A stretch of 64,000 nt of DNA, from the NCBI GenBank assembly GCA_045660745.1, contig JAZREJ010000041.1, forward strand, positions 12,656 to 76,655, in the 5' to 3' direction. Shown piece after piece: positions 42,600 to 51,935 of this stretch. Below the pieces are notes generated by a model. It did not search any database. It was given only the letters and a program-made list of their open reading frames with translations, and had not been told where the DNA came from. The DNA comes from Eubacteriales bacterium. GTDB taxonomy: Bacteria; Bacillota; Clostridia; Oscillospirales; SIG627. The position numbers were made by a program, and so were the translations under genes. Every line of letters begins with the position of its first letter. Position 1 is the first letter of the stretch.

Positions 42600-43630
42600 T
42601 ATTTCTTAAGAACTCTTCTGTAGTTTTCACCAATCTTGTCCCAAAGAGCGAGGGGGTTCTCAGCTGCAACAACGGTGCCGAGACCTCCGCGGTAGGTCCA
42701 GGTAGCAAGACGGTCAACGCCCATAGATTCGTAAAGGTCAACAACGTGATCGACCTGAGAGAGATCTGCTGGGCTCTTGTTATAGCCCATGAGCCAACGC
42801 TCGGACTGCTTGCCGTACTTCTTTGCCATCTCAACTGTTCTCTTGGTGATGTCGATAAAGAAGCTTTCGGGGAGAGTCCAGTTGATGATGGTGGTGGAGA
42901 ATACGTCAAAATAGGGGCAGGAAGCAACCATATCCCAGTTATCGTAGCCGCGAAGCTCGGTAACGTAATAGGTGTTCAAGGTTGCGTGAACGCAACAGGT
43001 AATTTCAAGGTTGGGGTTGATCTCCTTGAGAGTCTTTGAGGTGTCGGAAAGGGTCTTGAGAGCCTCTCTCCAACGGAACTGCTTAACGTCATCATTCATG
43101 AACTTGGGCATTTCATAGCCGTAGTATTCCTCAAACTTCTTCATACATTCGGGGCAACGGCAAGCCCAGTCGTCACCTGCGCCGCCTGTGATGGATGCGT
43201 AGGACTTGGGATATGCGTAGTGGGGCTCATCCCAGAAGAATCCGTCAACCTCTGTCTCGCGAGCAAGCTTTACGCAAATTCTCGTGAAATAATCTCTGAA
43301 GGAATTGGTATTGAAGCAAGCGGCGTTGAGAACTTCACCTGTATAAGCGGAAACTTGTCTGTGGTGAATGTTGTTCTGAAGGAACAGGCTGACCTGTTCT
43401 CCACCGAAATACTTACCGATACCCCAGGTATCAGCGATAACGCGAAGTCCCATCTCGTGAGCCTTTTTAACGATGTTGTTGATATTGGGAAACCAGAAGT
43501 CCATGTCGAACTCTGTGATAGCGAGAATCACGGTATCACAGCCGTGCTCAAGCATCTCCTGAAAATCCTTTTCTGCATGCTCTACGTAGTTAAGTCCGTA
43601 GTAGCTGACAGCACAGTGCTTTATTGCCAT
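42599..43630 (-). CDS. cytoplasmic GH-like TIM-barrel protein of unknown specificity
   Basis: 343 aa with no signal peptide. Segment DGFFWDEPHY....WACRCPECMKKFEEYYG parallels the GH42 NE/CxCxxC region. Confidence 0.5.
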   Translation of the reverse strand: MAIKHCAVSYYGLNYVEHAEKDFQEMLEHGCDTVILAITEFDMDFWFPNINNIVKKAHEMGLRVIADTWGIGKYFGGEQVSLFLQNNIHHRQVSAYTGEVLNAACFNTNSFRDYFTRICVKLARETEVDGFFWDEPHYAYPKSYASITGGAGDDWACRCPECMKKFEEYYGYEMPKFMNDDVKQFRWREALKTLSDTSKTLKEINPNLEITCCVHATLNTYYVTELRGYDNWDMVASCPYFDVFSTTIINWTLPESFFIDITKRTVEMAKKYGKQSERWLMGYNKSPADLSQVDHVVDLYESMGVDRLATWTYRGGLGTVVAAENPLALWDKIGENYRRVLKK

Positions 43631-43730
43631 AGTTTTAAATCTCCTTTGATATTTATTTTATTTTAGTATAAAATGAAAGGACGATATTGTAAACTCACAT
43701 AAAATAACTTAAAGGTGGACATTTAGTAAC

Positions 43731-43759
43731 TTGACAAGGGAAGATTTATGTGGTATTTT
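43731..43759 (+). promoter_or_regulatory. sigma-A promoter of the first AraC gene
   Basis: TTGACA 43731-43736, 17 nt, TATTTT 43754-43759. Confidence 0.5.
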
Positions 43760-43776
43760 ATGTGTGAGGTGATATT

Positions 43777-44535
43777 ATGTTTCCAAACAAAAAAACTCAA
43801 TATTATCGTTTAATTTCAGCCTTAGAGCTTGAATGGGAGCCTCGGTGCGAGCACGCACCCGAGCGTAATTTTCATGCTATTTCCTTTCGCATAAAAGGAA
43901 ACGCAGTTTTTGAGCATGGGAGCGAAAGTACCTCGGTAGGTGCGGGAGAAGTTGCATTTGTGCCCGCAGGATATTCCTACACACTTGACGAAAAGAGCAG
44001 AGCACATCTTTTCGTTATACATTTTGATACTGTTCCCGACAAGATATCGGGTCTTGAATCAATAAAAGTGGCAAATCCTCTTTGGTACGAGGAGCACTTC
44101 AGAATGCTACATCGTATATGGCAGAGAAAGGAAACGGGCTACCGCCTTGCGGCGACCTCGGTCTTTTACAGGATACTTGAGGAGCTGGAACGAGAGGGAG
44201 AGGAAAAAAAGCCTTGTACTAAAGATAGATTGTCGCGTGTTGTCGAGTATATACACGCAAACTATACTGACCCCACGCTTTCAATAACCAGACTTGCGGA
44301 AATGTACGGAGCAAGTTCCACGTATTTCAGAAGGATATTTAAGGAAAGTATGTCGTCTCTTCCGCTGCAGTACCTCAATAAGCTCAGGCTCAAGCGCGCA
44401 GAGGAGCTCTTGCGCTCGGGATATTATACAGTGGCGCAGGCGGCGGCTGAATCGGGATTTTCGGACGTTAAATACTTCTCAAGGTTTGTAAAAAAGATAA
44501 ACGGAGATGCCCCGTCGAGGCTGTGGAAGGTATAA
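43777..44535 (+). CDS. AraC family transcriptional regulator
   Basis: 252 aa. Cupin-like N-terminus and a C-terminal double HTH (..TLSITRLAEMYGASSTYFRRIFK..VAQAAAESGFSDVKYFSRFVKK). Confidence 0.85.
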   Translation: MFPNKKTQYYRLISALELEWEPRCEHAPERNFHAISFRIKGNAVFEHGSESTSVGAGEVAFVPAGYSYTLDEKSRAHLFVIHFDTVPDKISGLESIKVANPLWYEEHFRMLHRIWQRKETGYRLAATSVFYRILEELEREGEEKKPCTKDRLSRVVEYIHANYTDPTLSITRLAEMYGASSTYFRRIFKESMSSLPLQYLNKLRLKRAEELLRSGYYTVAQAAAESGFSDVKYFSRFVKKINGDAPSRLWKV

Positions 44536-45363
44536 TTATTTTGTATAATCATGCGGAGTCTTGCCTGTGACCTTGTAAAATGCTTTGTAAAAATTGGAGG
44601 ATGAGGAAAATCCGCACCGCTGTGCTATCTCCAGCTTGGACAGAGCCTCGGTTTTTAAAAGCGAGATTGCACGCTCGACCCTCTTTATTGTTATATATTC
44701 CGTTACGGTTATACCGTTGTATTTTTTGAAAAGCGAAGAAAAATAAGGCTCAGACAGAAAGGAAAGCTCGGCAAGTGCTTTAAGCGAAATCTTATCCTGA
44801 AGATTCTCGTTAATGTAACGAAGAGCCTTCTTGATAGCTGATATCTGAGACGTTTCAACACTTAGCTCCGCATTTTTGTCAATATAATCATACTCGCGAA
44901 CTATATAAACGAGTGCATGAAGCAGAAAAAATCTTGAGTTTATCTCATAGCAAGGAACCTTGTCACAAAGCTCCTTTTCAACACCGAGAATGAGTTCCGA
45001 AAGCTTTTTGTCTCTACCTATCCTGTTTTCAAAGCCATCACTGCGCGCGAAGAAAAGCTTCAAAAGCTCGGAGCTTTCCCAAAGAAGTCGCGGTTCAAAG
45101 TGAATGTTAAGTATTTCGGTGTCGCGTATTATTTCGGTGATGCAGTGTACCTCGTGGCTCCCGAAAAGAAATATATCGCCTTCACGGTATTGGTAAGTAT
45201 GTTCTCCTACCTTGTATATCCCTTCACCTTGTACGAAAAGAGATAGCTCACATTCTGTATGGTGGTGCTCTCGGTATTCCCTTTTTTCGGGGGATACGCA
45301 GGAGCGAAAGCTTTTAATAATGGGACCTGAGTTTTTGAGAATCGAGTATTCGCACTTTTTCAT
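44536..45363 (-). CDS. AraC family transcriptional regulator
   Basis: 275 aa. Cupin-like N-terminus (HHHTECELSLFVQGEG) and a C-terminal AraC HTH (IAQRCGFSSSSNFYKAFYKVTGKTPHDY). Confidence 0.85.
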   Translation of the reverse strand: MKKCEYSILKNSGPIIKSFRSCVSPEKREYREHHHTECELSLFVQGEGIYKVGEHTYQYREGDIFLFGSHEVHCITEIIRDTEILNIHFEPRLLWESSELLKLFFARSDGFENRIGRDKKLSELILGVEKELCDKVPCYEINSRFFLLHALVYIVREYDYIDKNAELSVETSQISAIKKALRYINENLQDKISLKALAELSFLSEPYFSSLFKKYNGITVTEYITIKRVERAISLLKTEALSKLEIAQRCGFSSSSNFYKAFYKVTGKTPHDYTK

Positions 45364-45482
45364 TTTTACCTCATCTTAAAATAGTGGATAAATTCATTAA
45401 CAAAAGCATAGACCTTTTTTCTTTATTATGTTATATTTATGGTAGCACATAAGAACAGAGATGTCAACAGGAGATAGGTTTT

Positions 45483-46850
45483 ATGGGACAGATAAAAGAA
45501 AGAATCAGCGAAAACACAAATATATGCTCCTCTCCGTCAGAGCTTAAAATAACGGATATAAGAGTGGCGAATCTCAACGGTGCTCCCAAGCACTGTCCAC
45601 TCATCAAAATATACACAAATCAGGGAATCGTTGGCTACGGAGAGCTTCGTGATGCGTCCAGTGCCACATATGCATTGATGCTCAAATCAAGGCTTATCGG
45701 AGAAAATCCCTGTAACGTGGATAAGCTTTTTCGCCGTATCAAGCAGTTCGGAGGTCCTTCCCGTCAGGGTGGCGGTGTATCGGGAATCGAAATTGCACTC
45801 TGGGACCTTGCGGGCAAGGCATGGGGTGTTCCTCTCTGGCAGATGCTGGGAGGTAAATTCCGCGATAAGGTGAGAGTTTACTGCGATACCGACGTTGAAG
45901 GCAAGCATACAGGTCGCGATATGGGACTTGCACTAAAAAAACGTATGGAGCAGGGCTTCACATTTCTTAAAATGGACCTCGGTATTGAAATGCTTCTTGA
46001 CGAACCCGGTACCCTCAACGCCCCCGGCGGCTTCCTTGAGGATATCAAGAAATATTCCATGAAGGCAATAAATCATCAGGCGGGCTCTATTGACCGTTCA
46101 CTCATGCTTGGCAAAAACTACGAGGTTTTTACCATTCCCCATTACGCAACGGGAATTCACGTTACCGAAAAGGGACTTGATATACTTGAGGATTATGTAA
46201 GACAGGTACGAGAAGTTATAGGCTACGAAATTCCTCTGGCGATAGATCATCTCGGACACATAGCAATAGAGGACTGTATAAGATTTTTACGCCGCCTTGA
46301 AAGGTATAACATTGCGTGGGTAGAGGATCTCACCCCATGGCACCTCACGAATCACTGGGAAAGAATGGCAAGCTCTGTTGCAGTACCCCTCTGCACCGGA
46401 GAGGACATATACCTCGCCGAAAATTTTGAGCCTCTTCTTGCATGTCACGGCGTTTCGGTGGTACAGCCCGACCTTTTGACCATTGGCGGAGCACTCGAAA
46501 CGAAAAAGCTTGGCGATATGTGTGAAAAGTACGGCGTGGCAATGGCACTTCACATGGCTGAAAGTCCCATTGCTTGTATGGCTGCGATCCATACTGCGGC
46601 AGCTCTTCAGAACGTTCTTGCCGTAGAATATCACTCGATAGACATTCCTTGGTGGAATGATCTTGCTCTCGGCATCGACAATCCTCTTTTCAAAGACGGA
46701 TTCGTTGACGTTCCGAACAAACCCGGGCTTGGAATCGACTCACTCAATGAGGAACTTATCGCAGAGCACATACACCCCGACTACCCCGGTCAGTGGGAGC
46801 CTACCGATAACTGGAACAACGAGTGGGCAAACGACAGAGAATGGAGTTAA
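45483..46850 (+). CDS. enolase-superfamily (mandelate racemase/muconate lactonizing enzyme) acid-sugar dehydratase-like protein
   Basis: 455 aa. Segment GVSGIEIALWDLAGKAWGVPLWQMLGG; metal-ligand contexts AIDHLGH, WVEDL, TGEDIY. Confidence 0.8.
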   Translation: MGQIKERISENTNICSSPSELKITDIRVANLNGAPKHCPLIKIYTNQGIVGYGELRDASSATYALMLKSRLIGENPCNVDKLFRRIKQFGGPSRQGGGVSGIEIALWDLAGKAWGVPLWQMLGGKFRDKVRVYCDTDVEGKHTGRDMGLALKKRMEQGFTFLKMDLGIEMLLDEPGTLNAPGGFLEDIKKYSMKAINHQAGSIDRSLMLGKNYEVFTIPHYATGIHVTEKGLDILEDYVRQVREVIGYEIPLAIDHLGHIAIEDCIRFLRRLERYNIAWVEDLTPWHLTNHWERMASSVAVPLCTGEDIYLAENFEPLLACHGVSVVQPDLLTIGGALETKKLGDMCEKYGVAMALHMAESPIACMAAIHTAAALQNVLAVEYHSIDIPWWNDLALGIDNPLFKDGFVDVPNKPGLGIDSLNEELIAEHIHPDYPGQWEPTDNWNNEWANDREWS

Positions 46851-46852
46851 TT

Positions 46853-47530
46853 ATGAAAATACGTTGGATAGGACAGGGAGGATATCTTCTGAGCGACAAC
46901 GACACTACGATTTGTATAGATCCATATATTTCGGATGCTGTCGAAAGGATCTCGGGCAAAAAGAGACTTGTAAAAGCACCGTTTCACCCGAGCGAGCTCA
47001 AAGCAAATGCCGTAATATGCACTCACGACCATCTTGATCACGTTGATACGGATGCCATACCTTTCATGAATGAGCTTTGCTTTTTCGCTCCCTCAAGCGC
47101 TGAAAAAACGATACGTTCGTGCGGTGTTACAGCTTATACTCAGTTTGACGTAGGGACAAGTGTAATGGTGGGAGAGTTTGAACTCACGGCGGTGTTTGCA
47201 GATCATACCGTTCCCGCAATAGGTGTTATCGTAAGACACAAGGACAGTACTCTTTTCTTTACGGGAGATACCTTCTACAATGAAAAGCTTATACATCAAG
47301 GTATTGATATTCTCTTTGTTTGCATCAACGGAAAGCTTGGTAATATGAACGTTTACGAGGCTATAAAGCTGGTAGGGGAAATCAACCCGAAGGTGGCGGT
47401 ACCCGCACACTACGGAATGTTTGCGGAAAACACAGAGGACCCCAAGAAATTTACGTCGGCTATTGAAAATGGTTTTGAAATGGAATATAATAAAGAATAC
47501 GAATGTGAGGAGTTGTTATGTTCGATTTGA
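46853..47530 (+). CDS. MBL-fold hydrolase (UlaG/lactonase-like)
   Basis: ORF track 46823..47530; start moved to ATG 46853 (MKIRWIGQGG). Motif THDHLDHVD. Confidence 0.75.
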   Translation: MKIRWIGQGGYLLSDNDTTICIDPYISDAVERISGKKRLVKAPFHPSELKANAVICTHDHLDHVDTDAIPFMNELCFFAPSSAEKTIRSCGVTAYTQFDVGTSVMVGEFELTAVFADHTVPAIGVIVRHKDSTLFFTGDTFYNEKLIHQGIDILFVCINGKLGNMNVYEAIKLVGEINPKVAVPAHYGMFAENTEDPKKFTSAIENGFEMEYNKEYECEELLCSI

Positions 47531-48249
47531 CAGGAAAAACGGCACTTGTAACCGGTGCGACTCAGGGAATCGGATTTGAAATCGCAAGGCTTCTTGCGTC
47601 ACATGGCGCAAAAGTGTTTGTGGCGGGCTCAAGAGACATTGAAAAATGCAAAAAGGCCTGTCTTGAAATTTCCGAAGCGCTCCCCGTTGTGGCAGACCTC
47701 ACCAGCCCCGACTGTGCCGAAAAATTATACGATATGACCGGAGACGTTGATATACTTGTACTCAACGCATCCATTCAGTACAAGCGTGAGTGGGACTGCT
47801 TTTCGGATGAGGAGTATGATGCGCAATGGAATTGCAACTTTAAAAGCTCCTACCTTCTCATAAAGAAGTACAGTGAGGGAATGAAGGAAAAGGGATTCGG
47901 AAGAATTGTGACTGTCGGAAGTGTAAATCAATACAGTCAACACAAGGAGCTTTCTATGTACGGAGTGACGAAGGCTGCACAGATGAAGCTTGTGCAAAAT
48001 CTTGCGCCACTACTCGCACCACACGGAATCACAGTAAACAATATTGCTCCCGGAGTTGTGGAAACTCCAAGAAACGACGACGTGCTCTCAGACGAGTGCT
48101 TAAAAGAAAAGATACAGGAGAAGATTCCCTGCGGGTTCATTGCGACTCCGAGGGATATCGCACCCGCAGTTTTACTTCTCGTTTCAAATGAAGGAAGATA
48201 TATCACAGGAAGCGACCTGATAATTGACGGAGGTATGCATCTAAAATGA
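47518..48249 (+). CDS. SDR family oxidoreductase
   Basis: 243 aa. Motifs TGATQGIG and YGVTKAA (YxxxK). Confidence 0.9.
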   Translation: MFDLTGKTALVTGATQGIGFEIARLLASHGAKVFVAGSRDIEKCKKACLEISEALPVVADLTSPDCAEKLYDMTGDVDILVLNASIQYKREWDCFSDEEYDAQWNCNFKSSYLLIKKYSEGMKEKGFGRIVTVGSVNQYSQHKELSMYGVTKAAQMKLVQNLAPLLAPHGITVNNIAPGVVETPRNDDVLSDECLKEKIQEKIPCGFIATPRDIAPAVLLLVSNEGRYITGSDLIIDGGMHLK

Positions 48250-49154
48250 ATTTTAACAATCGTGACGAAATAATCGCACTCACCCCCGAGTGGACAGGAG
48301 AAAGACTCCCCGACGGACGTCCCAAAGTGGATGAAAAATACTTAAAGGCACTGAAAAATCTCACTCTTGAGGAGGTTTGGAAGCCTATATTCGTAAAGGG
48401 GTATGAAAGCCAGTTTGAGGGCAGACTTCAGACCCTTCACAACGACGGACGCAAGCTTATAGGCAGAGCTGTGACCGCAACCTACTGTCCGTTCCGTCCC
48501 GACCTTAACGAGGTTGTTAAAGAGACAGGCAAGAGTGAGGGTAGAACGGGTACCTACAATCAATGGGTGATTGACTCACTCGGAGAATACGACGTGCCTG
48601 TTATTGATATGTACGACAAGATATACAAGGGCACTTTTCTCGGCGGAAACCTCACCACCGCTCTCAAGAATAAGACGAAGAATGAAAACGGTGGAGCTGT
48701 TATCTGGGGCGGTATCCGTGACACAGAGCAGATGCTCAAGGTTGAAAATACACAGGTATACTACCGAGGCATCGACCCCACTCCCATCCGTGACTTTATA
48801 ATGACAGGCTTTAATACCGTGACGAGAATCGGAAACGCCGTGTGCCTGCCGGGTGACGTTGTATTCGGTGCGGGAGGAGGCGTACTCTTTATTCCGAGTC
48901 ACCTTGTAGAAGATGTTGTGGGGGGCGCGGCAAAGACTCAGGTGAAGGATATGTTCGGCTTTGAGATGATAGCGCAAAACAAGTTCACCACAGCACAAAT
49001 TGACCGTAACACCTGGACTCGCGAAATGCTTGATTTACTTCTCGAATTTATCGAAAAGGATGACAGAGCGGCAGAGTACCGCGAGCTTGACTGGTCACAC
49101 GAATACTATCTTGCCGACAACGGAGATCCGACGGATACACAATCTGCACTCTAA
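48246..49154 (+). CDS. RraA/HMG-aldolase-like family protein
   Basis: 302 aa. Segment GGNLTTALKNKTKNENGGAVIWGGIRDTEQ and ...LPGDVVFGAGGGVLFIP match the RraA/4-hydroxy-4-methyl-2-oxoglutarate aldolase fold pattern. Confidence 0.7.
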   Translation: MNFNNRDEIIALTPEWTGERLPDGRPKVDEKYLKALKNLTLEEVWKPIFVKGYESQFEGRLQTLHNDGRKLIGRAVTATYCPFRPDLNEVVKETGKSEGRTGTYNQWVIDSLGEYDVPVIDMYDKIYKGTFLGGNLTTALKNKTKNENGGAVIWGGIRDTEQMLKVENTQVYYRGIDPTPIRDFIMTGFNTVTRIGNAVCLPGDVVFGAGGGVLFIPSHLVEDVVGGAAKTQVKDMFGFEMIAQNKFTTAQIDRNTWTREMLDLLLEFIEKDDRAAEYRELDWSHEYYLADNGDPTDTQSAL

Positions 49155-49165
49155 AGGAGATAAAA

Positions 49166-49732
49166 ATGGATATTTACAAGCTTTTACAGGACAGAAGAAC
49201 AGTAAGAAAATTCAAAAACGAGCCTGTGGACAAATCGCTTCTCATAAAATTTGTCGACATGGCACGTATCGCACCGAGTGCTGCAAATCTTCAATCCATA
49301 AAATACGCCATAGTAACGGACGAGGTGACTCGGCGTGAAATATTTCCCTACATCAAGTATGCGGGCTACACTCCCGAATGGGTAAACACCTTTGACATAA
49401 CTCCGACCTCCTTCATCGTACTTCTCAATGACACAGAAGTGCGTCCTACTACAAAGGCGGAGGTGGATGCGGGAATCTCTCTCATGTCACTAACACTCAC
49501 AGCGGAGGCTGAAGGGCTTGCAAGCTGTATAATCGGCTCGGTCAATCGCGCAAAGGTCAAAGAAATACTTGCACTTTCCGAAAAGCTTGATATACTCTAT
49601 CTTATAGGAATAGGACATCCCGCGCAGACTAACAGGCTTTCGGATAGTGAAGAAAAGGTAAAATACAAGCTTGATGAGGATGGCAACTTTGCTGTTCCTA
49701 AAAGAACGCTTGACGAAATACTTGTGAGGTAA
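49166..49732 (+). CDS. nitroreductase family protein
   Basis: 188 aa. Segments RRTVRKFKNEPV...APSAANLQSIKY. Confidence 0.8.
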   Translation: MDIYKLLQDRRTVRKFKNEPVDKSLLIKFVDMARIAPSAANLQSIKYAIVTDEVTRREIFPYIKYAGYTPEWVNTFDITPTSFIVLLNDTEVRPTTKAEVDAGISLMSLTLTAEAEGLASCIIGSVNRAKVKEILALSEKLDILYLIGIGHPAQTNRLSDSEEKVKYKLDEDGNFAVPKRTLDEILVR

Positions 49733-49735
49733 AAA

Positions 49736-51805
49736 ATGAATAAACAGGAAAAACTTACATTCTTAAAAAACAACCCCGTTTTCTGGTCAAGACTCGGATT
49801 CAGTTATGACCCGCCAAGACGTGGCAAGGACGGGAAACCGATAGTATTTACTCCCGATCTTACGGAGGACTCGAGCTTTCACCGTGACTTTACTGACATA
49901 GGCGTTAAGATTCACACAAACATCCTTCATCTCGGATGGATGGGCATTGACGACTATGATTATTCGGTAACAGATGCTGTGCTTGAAGAAATCTTTAAAA
50001 ATGACGACATTTACTACATTCCACGTATAAAGCTCAACGTACCCGTTGACTGGTGCCGTGAAAATCCGGAGGACGTATTTGTATACTGGGAGGGGCCAAG
50101 AGATGCGGAAGAGATTCGTGCGCTCGTTGACACACCTAAGCACGACTGGTTTGGATATACTGCCCCCAAGGGATATTACAAGGCGGGTGACTTCATTGAT
50201 GACCGCCCGAACGTGGGCGGCGTCATTTCACGCCAGAGCTTTTCCTCCGAGAAGTGGCTGAGTGATGCGGGAGAGGCGCTCAGACGCCTTGTTGACAGAC
50301 TTGAAAACGGCAAATACGCCGATAGAATAATCGGCTATCATATTGCCTTCGGCGTTTCCGGAGAAGCCATTCTTTGGGGACGTGCCGACTATCACTACGG
50401 TGACTACGGAATAAAGAATACAGAAAACTTTTATGCGTGGGCAGAAAAGAAATACGGCTCAAAGGAGGCGCTTCTCAAGGCTTGGGATGGGGATCTCACC
50501 CTTCCTTCTCCCGACGAGCGCTATTCAAGATTTGATAAGACTGAGGAATTTCTCCGAGGTGACAGAATCGGACGTGTCAGCCGTGATATGGATGAGTTTA
50601 CAAGTGCTTCCTGTGCAAATGCCATAGAGTATTTTTCAAGGGTAATAAAGAGCTTTGCCCCTGACAAGCTTATCGGTGCGTTCTATGGCTACTTCATGCA
50701 CACCGACAATCCCAACTACGCTGGACATCTTGAGCTTCAAAGACTTCTTGACGGAGATCTTGTTGACTTTTTTGCCGCTCCCAAGATATATCACAGATGC
50801 GGTCCCGGCGAGCCGGGCGGTGAGATGTGCCCCGTTCAGTCGGTAAACCTCAAAAAACTTTGGGTAGACGAGGCTGACAACCGTACACATCTTGCCAGCG
50901 ATGACGTTGCGGCATGGCTTTGCCGTGATATGAATGATACACGCTGGGTTATGTGGCGCGAGCTTTCAAAGAACATCGCCCACGATTCAGGCTTTTGGTG
51001 GATGGACCTTGGCGGACGCTGGTTCAAATCACGCGAGATACTGGATGAGGTCAAGCATATGCTTGATGTTTCCTCCTATCTGCGCACCTTGCCCCATAAG
51101 TCTCCCGCAGATGCTTTAATACTTGTTGACGAAAAGTGTATCTACTCCATGGGAATCTCAAAAAATCTTCGTGTAGGCTTTATGGAGGACTTCGTGTGCG
51201 AGACGAGAAAGTCGGGTGTGATTGCCGACGTTTACAGACTCTCCGACATACGCACAATTGACCTTTCAAAATACAAGCTTATCGTATTCGCCTACACGTT
51301 TGAAATTTCTCAAGAGGACAAGCTCTTCCTTGAAAGTCATATTTCAAATGACGCAACCATTTCCTATCACTGGGCGGCCGGTGCTATCAAGGACGGCAAG
51401 GTATCTCTTGAAAACGTGAAGGATTTCACAGGGTTTGACGTTATACAAGTCGAGCGTGACAAATACGATTTTCCCAAGCTTACTGTTGAAAATGCTGAAG
51501 CCTTTTCGGACAAGGGCTTTATAAAGGGCAACAGACTTATTTTCACAGAGCCTTTTATCACACACTCTGAAATAAGAAAAATGGGAGAGATTGCGGGATG
51601 TCGCATCGTTTGTGACAACGGGCTTATCCTTTACGGGGACAACCGAATCACGGGTGTATTTTCCAAGGAAAAGCTTACTGGTAAGGTAAAGCTTTCGGAC
51701 AAGGCTTGCTGGCGTGAGGAATTTTCGGGTAAGGTATTTACACAGACCGATGAAGTTGACCTTGAGCAGTTTGATGCAAATATTGCGGTATTTATACGCA
51801 AATAA
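49736..51805 (+). CDS. distant GH42-like glycoside hydrolase candidate with trimerisation-like C-terminal region
   Basis: 689 aa with no signal peptide. N-terminal TIM-like region and a central block ALILVDEKCIY...LSKYKLIVFAY resembling the GH42 middle domain. Confidence 0.5.
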   Translation: MNKQEKLTFLKNNPVFWSRLGFSYDPPRRGKDGKPIVFTPDLTEDSSFHRDFTDIGVKIHTNILHLGWMGIDDYDYSVTDAVLEEIFKNDDIYYIPRIKLNVPVDWCRENPEDVFVYWEGPRDAEEIRALVDTPKHDWFGYTAPKGYYKAGDFIDDRPNVGGVISRQSFSSEKWLSDAGEALRRLVDRLENGKYADRIIGYHIAFGVSGEAILWGRADYHYGDYGIKNTENFYAWAEKKYGSKEALLKAWDGDLTLPSPDERYSRFDKTEEFLRGDRIGRVSRDMDEFTSASCANAIEYFSRVIKSFAPDKLIGAFYGYFMHTDNPNYAGHLELQRLLDGDLVDFFAAPKIYHRCGPGEPGGEMCPVQSVNLKKLWVDEADNRTHLASDDVAAWLCRDMNDTRWVMWRELSKNIAHDSGFWWMDLGGRWFKSREILDEVKHMLDVSSYLRTLPHKSPADALILVDEKCIYSMGISKNLRVGFMEDFVCETRKSGVIADVYRLSDIRTIDLSKYKLIVFAYTFEISQEDKLFLESHISNDATISYHWAAGAIKDGKVSLENVKDFTGFDVIQVERDKYDFPKLTVENAEAFSDKGFIKGNRLIFTEPFITHSEIRKMGEIAGCRIVCDNGLILYGDNRITGVFSKEKLTGKVKLSDKACWREEFSGKVFTQTDEVDLEQFDANIAVFIRK

Positions 51806-51810
51806 TAGGG

Positions 51811-51837
51811 AAAGAGGCTTTGAAAAGCCTCTTTTTC
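51811..51837 (+). terminator. rho-independent terminator
   Basis: AAAGAGGCTT / AAGCCTCTTT with loop TGAA, then TT. Confidence 0.8.
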
Positions 51838-51870
51838 TACTTTAAAGAGAGTCAATTTTTTACCATTCCG

Positions 51871-51899
51871 TTGACAAATAATCTTTGGTATGGTACACT
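51871..51899 (+). promoter_or_regulatory. sigma-A promoter for the GH42 pair
   Basis: TTGACA 51871-51876, 17 nt, TACACT 51894-51899 preceded by TGG. Confidence 0.6.
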
Positions 51900-51935
51900 C
51901 TTATTGTAAAATTGATGCTTAAAATGGAGGAAATA

